Shown piece after piece: positions 7,022-14,348 of a DNA stretch of 34,678 nucleotides (within the stretch, counting starts at the first letter, position 1; each line of letters begins with the position of its first letter). The stretch comes from a virus. Its lineage: Duplodnaviria; Caudoviricetes. The position numbers and the translations under genes are program-made. The stretch spans positions 1 to 34,678 of IMG/VR virus record IMGVR_UViG_3300044507_000051. The stretch is one strand, 5' to 3'. Below the pieces are notes generated by a model, which was not told the origin of the DNA, ran no database searches, and saw only the letters and a program-made list of their open reading frames with translations.

Positions 7022-7810
7022 AGCGGAATTATCACCGAAGATCGCGGATCATGCAAGCACTTTTTAAGCCAATCCCCTGTTGTTAGCAAAGATACTCCGG
7101 CTGACTTACCTTTTTCAATTAAGCAAACAATCAAACTAGCAATGCCTGGTCAGGACTGTAATCATTATTTTGATTCAGGCTACTCTCTTCCTATGAATCT
7201 TATGATGCCTGCTTATCACATAAAAGAAACTCTTCTAAAACGAAACAAGGCGAGCATGGCGCGCGTTTTCAAGCAGATAGCACACATGTGCATCACTAGC
7301 GATAAAAACATCTGCTACAAGAAACAGGCAACCCTGGGAGAGGGGTGCGGAAGATTTGAAGGTAAGAAGATAGGCCGCAAACAAGTCGGCCGCCATGAAA
7401 GAAGCCTTAGCGAGCTTGGTTTATATGTGAGAAGTCGATACTTGTCTGAAATGTCCTATGATCGAGCATTAACTCCTCTTGGGACAGTCGTCTACCTTTT
7501 GCTTACTAAGGCTGTAAAATTCAGGCCTTCTGAAAAAATGTCCCAACCAAAATCAAAAAATGTCCCAACTCAGTTCTTAAGACAATCAGGGAATATTTAT
7601 TTAAATACTACTAGCTCTGAAAGTAAGAGAGAGCTTCAAAAACCGAAAAAAGAGAATGCTATCGCTCAAAAAGTTGAAGAAAAGACAGGAATGAAGTTAG
7701 TTGATATATTTAATTTGTCTAGATTTGATATAGAATTTCAGAAAGAGAGAGCTGATTCGGTCAAAAAAGCAGATAGCGCACTCTCGATGATGCGGAGATT
7801 TTTAAAATGA
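7019..7810 (+). CDS. Putative replication initiator (winged HTH, lambda O-like position)
   Basis: CYKKQATLG...GRKQVGRHERSLSELGLY HTH-like segment; internal iteron-like repeats; AAGGT SD. Confidence 0.65.
   Translation: MSGIITEDRGSCKHFLSQSPVVSKDTPADLPFSIKQTIKLAMPGQDCNHYFDSGYSLPMNLMMPAYHIKETLLKRNKASMARVFKQIAHMCITSDKNICYKKQATLGEGCGRFEGKKIGRKQVGRHERSLSELGLYVRSRYLSEMSYDRALTPLGTVVYLLLTKAVKFRPSEKMSQPKSKNVPTQFLRQSGNIYLNTTSSESKRELQKPKKENAIAQKVEEKTGMKLVDIFNLSRFDIEFQKERADSVKKADSALSMMRRFLK
7479..7569. repeat. Iteron-like repeats inside the rep gene
   Basis: AAAAAATGTCCCAAC at 7533-7547 and 7555-7569 (22-bp period); inverted core TTGGGACA at 7479-7486. Confidence 0.65.
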
Positions 7811-8160
7811 GCAAATTAACTGATGTTAAAAAGCAAATGGTCTCGGATTTTAATCAAGATCAATTTCGAAAACAGGCGCAACGTCGAATTGATATTACTA
7901 AGCAGCGATTAAGCCCATATGCGGAAAATAGTTTTGCAGATATGCAAGAAAGGGCGTGGGATAAAGCATTCAAAAAAATGCGCGACATGGGAATTTATGA
8001 TTTTGATAAGAATCTTTTAAAAGGCACCGAAGAAGAAGCCAATGAAATTTTTAAAATATATTTTGAAACTTATCTTAATAATGAAAAGACACCACCAGAT
8101 CGGGCTACTGTTCTTACAAAAGGCATTTTAAATTCTCTTATTGAAGAAAAAAGGATTTGA
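7807..8160 (+). CDS. Hypothetical protein downstream of rep
   Basis: Overlaps the rep stop; 117 aa. Confidence 0.75.
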   Translation: MSKLTDVKKQMVSDFNQDQFRKQAQRRIDITKQRLSPYAENSFADMQERAWDKAFKKMRDMGIYDFDKNLLKGTEEEANEIFKIYFETYLNNEKTPPDRATVLTKGILNSLIEEKRI

Positions 8161-8164
8161 AAAA

Positions 8165-8416
8165 ATGGAAATTTGCACACTAGAAAGCCTCAACAAGGCC
8201 AATGAAAAGGCCATCAGTCGATTATCTGCTCTCGGCATATGCGATCCAAGGCTTCATCATATGCAGCTTACTGTGGAGGGCTACGATGCGATTAGGGAAT
8301 ATGATTCGTTGTTAGCTGCGGAAGTGATTAAGTGCCTGAGGGATTCTTCCCCTGCAAAGCCATTGGAAAAGAAAACTGAGGTTAAACATACCTGGGCTGA
8401 ACGAGCATATGCATGA
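8165..8416 (+). CDS. Hypothetical protein, apparent paralog of 7807..8160
   Basis: AAGGA SD before ATG 8165; shared AxxKAxxxxxxxGIxD motif. Confidence 0.7.
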   Translation: MEICTLESLNKANEKAISRLSALGICDPRLHHMQLTVEGYDAIREYDSLLAAEVIKCLRDSSPAKPLEKKTEVKHTWAERAYA

Positions 8417-8534
8417 ATTTATATGGGTGATTTTTGGTTCTTTGGTTATGCTGTTAACTTCTATTGTTGTTGTCGGAATTTGTTTGTCGGCTGCATATCT
8501 TTGGGATTTGGTGCCCAGTTTTTTGAATTTTTGA
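8409..8534 (+). CDS. 41-aa single-TM peptide
   Basis: Not in ORF track; MHEFIWVIFGSLVMLLTSIVVVGICLSAAYLW...; overlaps the upstream stop. Confidence 0.55.
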   Translation: MHEFIWVIFGSLVMLLTSIVVVGICLSAAYLWDLVPSFLNF

Positions 8535-8665
8535 TAGGTAGATTTGCGCTCAAAAGATAAGAGCCCAATGATTTCAAAGGGTCCGAAGGGATTTTTTATG
8601 CATCTCTGATGAGCCCCCACCCTGATTTTGACGTATGCCCCCCTGATTTTTATATTGCTCCGCAC

Positions 8666-8695
8666 AAATAAAAAAGCCCCGCGGGTGACGGGGCT
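8666..8695 (-). terminator. Rho-independent terminator
   Basis: Minus strand AGCCCCG-TCACCCG-CGGGGCT followed by TTTTTATTT. Confidence 0.8.
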
Positions 8696-9070
8696 AAATC
8701 GCTTAGCTTTAGTACTGAGAAACTCAAGAGAGAGAAACACAAGTGCAAGTCTTGTATCTAGAAGATGCATCAATAACGTAAAGTCAGGCAACTTTAGTGT
8801 AGAAAGTGTTTTAAAGCAAAACTGCTGTACTGCAACATATATATAGAAAAGTGCCGATTTGTATACATATTCTGAGAGCGTGTATAGAAAATCATTTATA
8901 TTGAACATGAGTCGGTTACAAATTGACGCCTACTGACTTATATTAATAGGTGAAGATTCACATCTAAATAAAAAAATCCACTCACAAACATAAAAAAGAT
9001 TGGGATTTAATTAAAAAAGTTGGGATTTTATTATTCCCGGTACTTTTCAGAAGGGATGTATACTCGTCAT

Positions 9071-9514
9071 ATGAGATGGAAATCACTATCCGCAAATCCG
9101 CAGAATCCGCGCAAACCGAGAAAGCGACGTGTTAACCATGAAGATAATGAATGCGCTGCGTTTGTTGATCAGCTTTCCTGGGAGCATCCTGATGTGTACA
9201 AGATGCTGACTAAAATTGAACAGGGTGGGAGTCGAGGTGCGGCAGAAAGTGCAAAGCTGAAAAAACTTGGATTGAAAGCTGGCTTTCCGGATTATTTTCT
9301 TTTTTTACCAAAGGGAAAATTTCATGGGCTAGCTATCGAAATGAAACGGCCAGACGGTGCAACGGCAAATCGCGCGGTTGTTTCAGATGCTCAAGTGGAA
9401 TGGATCCATAATCTTCGAGAGCACAATTACGCTGCTTATGTATGTTACTCAGCTGAGGAAGCTATCAGCACCGTGAAGAAGTATTTAAAGTTAGGTCCAC
9501 CGCTGAGGCAGTAG
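9071..9514 (+). CDS. VRR-NUC (PD-(D/E)xK) nuclease, Holliday junction resolvase-like
   Basis: GLKAGFPDYFL...LAIEMK...SDAQVEW motifs; ATG 9071 preferred. Confidence 0.9.
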   Translation: MRWKSLSANPQNPRKPRKRRVNHEDNECAAFVDQLSWEHPDVYKMLTKIEQGGSRGAAESAKLKKLGLKAGFPDYFLFLPKGKFHGLAIEMKRPDGATANRAVVSDAQVEWIHNLREHNYAAYVCYSAEEAISTVKKYLKLGPPLRQ

Positions 9515-9576
9515 ACCTAACTGCACACCGCTTGTGAGCATCGGTTGGTTCATTAACTTTTTAGTGTGCCAGAATA

Positions 9577-9786
9577 TTATACAGCGCTAGCTCCTTTTTT
9601 ATACTCACCCTCTTCAAAAATGTAGGGAACAATCTCGACTTCGTGACCTAATTGCTCTAATAAGATGACATCTTTCTCTTTAAAGCATTTTCTGCGAGCC
9701 AGTTGAGTTGCAATTACAGCTGCTGGATTTGCTGCGTGTAAATAAATTTGTCCGAATCTTCGTAATCTTTCAAATATAATTTTCAT
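9577..9786 (-). CDS. Hypothetical phage protein
   Basis: ATGA overlap; 69 aa. Confidence 0.7.
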   Translation of the reverse strand: MKIIFERLRRFGQIYLHAANPAAVIATQLARRKCFKEKDVILLEQLGHEVEIVPYIFEEGEYKKGASAV

Positions 9787-10070
9787 CTACGCTTCCCAAT
9801 CCAAAGGGATGTGTTGGTCTGATATCCGCCCAGGCAAGTGTCGATATTTGCGGAGACAGTTAAGCGCCTATTGTTGTACTGCAGCATTCCTTTGTGAGCC
9901 GCATAAGCCCCAAGGCCAATCACAGCAACTGTTGTGTAGGGATTCTCTGCAACATAGTCTCCAATCGCATATAAGCCAGCTGAGAGTGCGTTAACCGGGT
10001 GCGTAGCAAAATAATAAGCTGCATCACCAATTGGTCTTAATAAATGATAAAGTGCATGTTCAATTTTCAT
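9783..10070 (-). CDS. Membrane-anchored protein with ElaB/YqjD-like YVxENP-TM segment
   Basis: DYVAENPYTTVAVIGLGAY; coupled to repL. Confidence 0.6.
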   Translation of the reverse strand: MKIEHALYHLLRPIGDAAYYFATHPVNALSAGLYAIGDYVAENPYTTVAVIGLGAYAAHKGMLQYNNRRLTVSANIDTCLGGYQTNTSLWIGKRR

Positions 10071-10467
10071 TTTTATTTCTCTTCCCTTTCCAAAAATATT
10101 CTATATTTAATAAATACATTCCTTTAAGTCCGCTTTTTTCGTCACGTTTAATAATTTTTTTATTTAGTAGTTTTTTAATGGAAAGAGAAACTCTTGATGT
10201 GTCTATATCAAGCTCCTTTGCAATTGTTTTTTGCACAATAGGAACTGCATTATCAAAATTTAATTGACTCAGCATGTAATCAAGTACCGCTCTAGTTTGT
10301 CCCCATAGTTCTTTATCTTTAGCTAGTTTTAATGTTGCTCGTTGGTCTGCCATATAGAAATCTTTCTCTTTTTGCAAAACTTGTTTTTTTATTCTAATTA
10401 CTTTTCCTGTTACTTCGCCTGATATGGGATCTATAACTATAGCCCCATGACTTTTATTGACCGCCAA
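10060..10467 (-). CDS. repL: RepL-family (plasmid replication/maintenance) winged-HTH protein
   Basis: VIDPISGEV N-terminus, LNFDN-x4-QKTIAKEL-x5-VSLSIKKL HTH, YLLNxEYFWKG C-terminus. Confidence 0.8.
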   Translation of the reverse strand: MAVNKSHGAIVIDPISGEVTGKVIRIKKQVLQKEKDFYMADQRATLKLAKDKELWGQTRAVLDYMLSQLNFDNAVPIVQKTIAKELDIDTSRVSLSIKKLLNKKIIKRDEKSGLKGMYLLNIEYFWKGKRNKNEN

Positions 10468-10487
10468 AAGTCGTCCCTTAACTTGTT

Positions 10488-10534
10488 GTATACCGCAAGT
10501 CCAATATGGTATACGTAATGCTCAATTGTGTCTA
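10488..10534 (-). promoter_or_regulatory. repL promoter (TAGACA-17-TACCAT) overlapped by inverted repeat GTATACC-13-GGTATAC
   Basis: -35 at 10534-10529, -10 at 10511-10506; IR at 10488-10494 and 10508-10514. Confidence 0.55.
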
Positions 10535-10652
10535 TCGCATTAAATAATCCTATAGGCCATTGATTTCATTGGCCTCTCGCGTTCCCCTCTTTATAATATC
10601 GAGATAAAGCCCTCTATGCCGGGCAGGCAAAGCATCCGCTTCGCTAGATGCT

Positions 10653-10853
10653 TCATGCACCCTTCCTTTTTACCCATTCTGTAATGTCTTGCCAATGCTC
10701 GCCATGAATAAAATTAATACTAACTTCTCCGCCAATTGCGGTTTCAATTGACTTAGCTTGTCGGAGAACGTCTCTAAAGTTGATTCCACGGCGCATGTCA
10801 CCTTCGTATGTCCACACGCCGTGATTAGCATCTAGGAATCGGATTCTTTTCAT
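10653..10853 (-). CDS. Hypothetical protein
   Basis: ATG 10853 in ATGA overlap with upstream ORF. Confidence 0.7.
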   Translation of the reverse strand: MKRIRFLDANHGVWTYEGDMRRGINFRDVLRQAKSIETAIGGEVSINFIHGEHWQDITEWVKRKGA

Positions 10854-10987
10854 TCGACAGATATCCAATATCCTTCCTCAGTGAATTCATATTCACAATC
10901 GTCTAATTCTCTGCATTCTCCGATGTAAGGAGAGGGTTCGATAGGTTCGTACATTTTTCCGTAATCTGCTTCATCGTAATTATTCAT
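10850..10987 (-). CDS. 45-aa acidic peptide (MNNYDEADYG...EEGYWISVE)
   Basis: Not in ORF track; GGAG SD; stop overlaps the next ATG. Confidence 0.6.
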   Translation of the reverse strand: MNNYDEADYGKMYEPIEPSPYIGECRELDDCEYEFTEEGYWISVE

Positions 10988-10991
10988 TATT

Positions 10992-11189
10992 TTATTCTCC
11001 ATTAAATTCAATTGCCTGATCTAAGACTGGAAACACATTAGGAAACTCTGATTCAAGTGATTCGATATATTCTTTTGAATAATTTTGAACTAATACCCTA
11101 GCAATTAATTCCATAAATTCTTCTAATTCATCTCCGTTAATATAAATAGATGCTAATTCTTTGCCATCATAATGTCTTTGTATGCTCAT
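10992..11189 (-). CDS. Acidic hypothetical protein
   Basis: Starts directly after the upstream stop. Confidence 0.7.
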   Translation of the reverse strand: MSIQRHYDGKELASIYINGDELEEFMELIARVLVQNYSKEYIESLESEFPNVFPVLDQAIEFNGE

Positions 11190-11420
11190 TTAAATAAATC
11201 CTAACGCTGATTTTAAAAGCGGAATTAATAAAGCAGCTATTCCTATGCCAATTATTATATTTATTTTGTAATCGATATGGGCAAATCGGTCATCTATATT
11301 TTTTTGAAATAATGCAAATTTGTCTTCAAAGTTTTTCTGAATCGAAACAAACTTGCAGTCTGTCGTTTCTTTCAAAACGCGTATTTGCACTTCATGTTCA
11401 ATATATTGCTGTTCATTCAT
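11190..11420 (-). CDS. Coiled-coil plus C-terminal TM protein (DUF1640/CCDC90/Bdr-like architecture)
   Basis: 11-residue repeats DCKFVSIQKNF/EDKFALFQKNI/DDRFAHI, then TM IIIGIGIAALLIPLL. Confidence 0.7.
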   Translation of the reverse strand: MNEQQYIEHEVQIRVLKETTDCKFVSIQKNFEDKFALFQKNIDDRFAHIDYKINIIIGIGIAALLIPLLKSALGFI

Positions 11421-11433
11421 TTTATTATTCCTT

Positions 11434-11607
11434 TTAATTGATTAATTCAATTGAAAGAATTTCAGAAATATCTCCACAAATTAAAAATTCATTGCCATTC
11501 TCATCTTTTGCAAAGCCCTTTCCATATTCCCCCTCGCTTAATTCTGTATAGCTTTTAATTTCACAAGTTGTTTCATTGATAATTGCTTGAGTTACGTAAA
11601 TTGTCAT
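11434..11607 (-). CDS. 57-aa first gene of the second early operon (MTIYVTQAIIN...)
   Basis: Not in ORF track; strong AAGGAGAGAGG SD. Confidence 0.75.
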   Translation of the reverse strand: MTIYVTQAIINETTCEIKSYTELSEGEYGKGFAKDENGNEFLICGDISEILSIELIN

Positions 11608-11652
11608 TTCCTCTCTCCTTTGTTATAGCGACTCAGTGCCGCTGATGTATGT

Positions 11653-11681
11653 ACTATACGATACACTGCCGCATGACGCAA
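11653..11681 (-). promoter_or_regulatory. Strong sigma70-like early promoter (TTGCGT-17-TATAGT)
   Basis: Near-consensus boxes followed by leader hairpin 11627-11643 and an SD. Confidence 0.75.
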
Positions 11682-11715
11682 GGCCATTCGTCGTTTGATG
11701 TGATAAAATTTCTTG

Positions 11716-11991
11716 ATGGAGTATTTTAAAGACTTGATAACTGAAAGCATCGATCTTCTTTATGAGATATACCCACTTCTGAGATATGAAAGGACAATAT
11801 ATATAATGGAATATGAAACTGAACTTTTGATTGAAATTGGTGATAAGATTAATGTTCTTTATGCTAAATACCCTAGCTTTTGCGCATCTGAAGATTCAAT
11901 GGCAATTGAAGTAGAAAGAGCAAAGATTCAACTCGAAGCACTTTACGATGACTTATGCGAGCTCTTCGAGGGAATCCCAAATGCTGAGTGA
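11716..11991 (+). CDS. Acidic helical hypothetical protein
   Basis: Extended -10 TGATAAAAT ending 6 nt before ATG 11716 (leaderless-like). Confidence 0.7.
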   Translation: MEYFKDLITESIDLLYEIYPLLRYERTIYIMEYETELLIEIGDKINVLYAKYPSFCASEDSMAIEVERAKIQLEALYDDLCELFEGIPNAE

Positions 11992-12172
11992 TGAAGTCCG
12001 GCATATATATATAGAGATGCATAAAGTGATGGTAAGCGCGATGCATGAGCACAGGGAAGGCGGCAGAGAAGTATCTCTCCAACTGGACATGCAAGACCTG
12101 CTTCCTTTATGTAAGATGCTAAACCAACTTTTTTTTGCGTCCGATTTTGATATAAATAAGCCCATTGACTAG
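11981..12172 (+). CDS. Hypothetical protein
   Basis: GAGGGA SD before ATG 11981; overlaps the upstream gene. Confidence 0.65.
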   Translation: MLSDEVRHIYIEMHKVMVSAMHEHREGGREVSLQLDMQDLLPLCKMLNQLFFASDFDINKPID

Positions 12173-12173
12173 A

Positions 12174-12245
12174 TTGATACTAATTTACAAAGTGTGTTAA
12201 ATTGTATTTGCACATAGGCAAGTGCAAATTAATTGCAATTAATTT
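12174..12245 (+). promoter_or_regulatory. Putative late-operon promoter/operator region
   Basis: TTGATA...TGTTAAATT; IR ATTTGCAC/GTGCAAAT; perfect 20-bp palindrome 12226-12245. Confidence 0.5.
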
Positions 12246-12251
12246 TTAAGG

Positions 12252-12446
12252 ATGAAAAATATGTCAGAAGTTAAAGACTACACTTCAGAAGAAGGCGCCG
12301 AAGGCAACACCCATTACGCCGGCGTGCCTTCTTTTTACGGTCGACTCGTTGAGCAACAAAATAAGATGCAGCCAAACTACTGTGAACCTGGCCCTGCTGG
12401 CGGTGACATGCACGGCGAACACAGAAATGAGCAAAAAGGTCCTTAA
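12252..12446 (+). CDS. Small disordered protein upstream of terS
   Basis: 64-aa ORF; start may be ATG 12261. Confidence 0.7.
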   Translation: MKNMSEVKDYTSEEGAEGNTHYAGVPSFYGRLVEQQNKMQPNYCEPGPAGGDMHGEHRNEQKGP

Positions 12447-12466
12447 CAAAATTGGGTCTATAACTT

Positions 12467-12808
12467 ATGTCTAAAGGCGGCGGAATGCCCGCACACGAAC
12501 CAACAATTGAGACGAGAGCCAAAGTTTCGGCTCTCGTTGCGTTCGGTATAAAACAAGAAAGCATCGCACGAATGATTGGAATCTCTGATGAAACACTCAG
12601 AAAATATTACGATCATGAAATTAATACTGGTTTAGAATACGCAATCGACCAAGTGGCAAATGCACTTTTTGATAAAGCAGTTAATCAAAATGATTTGGCT
12701 GCTCAAACGTTCTTCCTCAAAACTCGCGGAAGATGGCGAGAGAAAGATCCCGAAGATAACTCAAAAGCTATGTCGATTATCGAGCAACTTATCCAATCTA
12801 AAAAGTGA
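12467..12808 (+). CDS. terS: Terminase small subunit
   Basis: HTH (GIKQESIARMIGISDETLRKYY), ALFDKA, AQTFFLKTRGRW; directly before terL. Confidence 0.88.
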   Translation: MSKGGGMPAHEPTIETRAKVSALVAFGIKQESIARMIGISDETLRKYYDHEINTGLEYAIDQVANALFDKAVNQNDLAAQTFFLKTRGRWREKDPEDNSKAMSIIEQLIQSKK

Positions 12809-12811
12809 TAT

Positions 12812-14338
12812 ATGAATGAGCGGCTGAAAGAAATCTGCGAATCTCTGCCGCTCTTTGCTGAGCACTTTCTCCATATTCGAACAAAATCAGGGCACGTTTC
12901 GAACTTTAAGTTAAATCGAGCACAAGAATATTTGCATGAAAGATTAGAAGCGCAGCTATTAAAAACCGGAAGAGTTAGAGCCCTGATTTTGAAAGGGCGG
13001 CAACAAGGTTGCTCAACTTACGTACAGGCCCGCTATTTTCACAAAGTCATTACGCAATGCGGAAAGAAAGCTTTTATACTTACCCACGAAGCAGAAGCCA
13101 CTAAAAACCTTTTCGATATGACAAAGAGATATTATGATTCGTTACCCGAAGGGCTGGCCCCCAAATGTGATGCCTCAAACGCAAAAGAGCTTAATTTTCG
13201 CACTTTGGACTCAGGTTATTCTGTCGGAACGGCTGGTAACCGAGCAGTTGGCAGAAGCCAAACAATCCAACTCATGCATGCTTCTGAAGCAGCGTATTAT
13301 CCGCATGCAGAAGACCACGCTAAAGGAATTCTACAAGCTGTATCAAATGAGAAAGAAACTGAAATAATAATGGAATCCACCGCTAATGGCATTGGAAACT
13401 ATTTTTATAATATGTGGATGTCGGCGACTAGCGGACAAAGTGACTTTCAGGCTATTTTCATACCATGGTTCTGGCAGCCAGAATACACGCGTGAATTAAC
13501 CGATGGTGATACCGCATCGCTCACAGACGAAGAAGAGCTTTTGATGCATGAGCATTCAAAAAACGGACTTACTAAAGAGCATCTTTTCTGGCGTCGTAGA
13601 AAGTTATTAGAATTCTCAAACGACCATGAAACAGCAAAAGAATTATTCAATGTAGAATATCCAATGACCGCATTGGATGCATTTAGAAATCCTGTAACAA
13701 ATAGATTCATTAAGGCTAATTTGGTGACACGTGCACGGCAAAATTCTGTTGCTTCTAGCTCCCATCTTGTTATCGGCGTTGATCCTGCTATTTCTGACCA
13801 CGATAGAACGGCTATTATACGACGTAAAGGACGACTCGCTTTTAACCTTCAAACGCATTTTAATCTTAATACGATGGAGCTTGTTGGCACTATTAGGCGC
13901 ATCATTGATAAAGAACGACCTGCAAAGGTATGTATCGATTGCATTGGAGTGGGCGCGGGAATTGTGGACAGGCTTTTAGAGTTGGGTTATGACTGTGTTG
14001 AAGGCGTTAACGTTGCTCGCAGTGCTAATGATAAAGATAAGTTTAGGAATCTTCGTGCAGAATTGTGGCACGATATGCGGGAGTGGCTTGCCCAGGACTT
14101 GCCCGTCCAGATACCCGATTCGGATGAGCTATTGGGTGATTTGACATCGCTCGGTTATAAGTTCGATAGCTCTGGAAGGCTTCAAATTGAATCAAAAGAT
14201 GAATTAAGAAAGCGTGGAATGAAATCGCCAGATTGTGCAGACAGCTTGGCAATCACGTTCAGTGTTGGTGAATATCTGCATGAGAGCAGCTATGCTAGCA
14301 ATTTTATCTCCGAAAGTGCGCGGGGAATGTTCATTTAA
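12812..14338 (+). CDS. terL: Terminase large subunit
   Basis: Walker A LKGRQQGCST, Walker B LMHASE, ESTANG, nuclease GVDPA / DCIGVG / SPDCADS. Confidence 0.97.
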   Translation: MNERLKEICESLPLFAEHFLHIRTKSGHVSNFKLNRAQEYLHERLEAQLLKTGRVRALILKGRQQGCSTYVQARYFHKVITQCGKKAFILTHEAEATKNLFDMTKRYYDSLPEGLAPKCDASNAKELNFRTLDSGYSVGTAGNRAVGRSQTIQLMHASEAAYYPHAEDHAKGILQAVSNEKETEIIMESTANGIGNYFYNMWMSATSGQSDFQAIFIPWFWQPEYTRELTDGDTASLTDEEELLMHEHSKNGLTKEHLFWRRRKLLEFSNDHETAKELFNVEYPMTALDAFRNPVTNRFIKANLVTRARQNSVASSSHLVIGVDPAISDHDRTAIIRRKGRLAFNLQTHFNLNTMELVGTIRRIIDKERPAKVCIDCIGVGAGIVDRLLELGYDCVEGVNVARSANDKDKFRNLRAELWHDMREWLAQDLPVQIPDSDELLGDLTSLGYKFDSSGRLQIESKDELRKRGMKSPDCADSLAITFSVGEYLHESSYASNFISESARGMFI

Positions 14339-14348
14339 GGGATTAATC

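Noticed and set aside
8606-8640. CTGATGAG hammerhead-like core
   Set aside because: No stem II followed by GAAA
8312-8908. 198-aa minus-strand ORF (and 8628..8846 on plus)
   Set aside because: Runs through a strong terminator and repeats, overlaps real plus-strand genes, and has no SD or recognisable motif
8600-9030. Mini-CRISPR array
   Set aside because: Repeats are only 9-18 bp, in pairs, without 30-40-bp spacers
12226-12245. Protelomerase (tel) site of a linear phage-plasmid
   Set aside because: Palindrome is short and no tyrosine-recombinase-like protelomerase is encoded
14235-14348. N-terminal extension of the portal in the ORF track
   Set aside because: Overlaps terL; ATG 14349 has the SD
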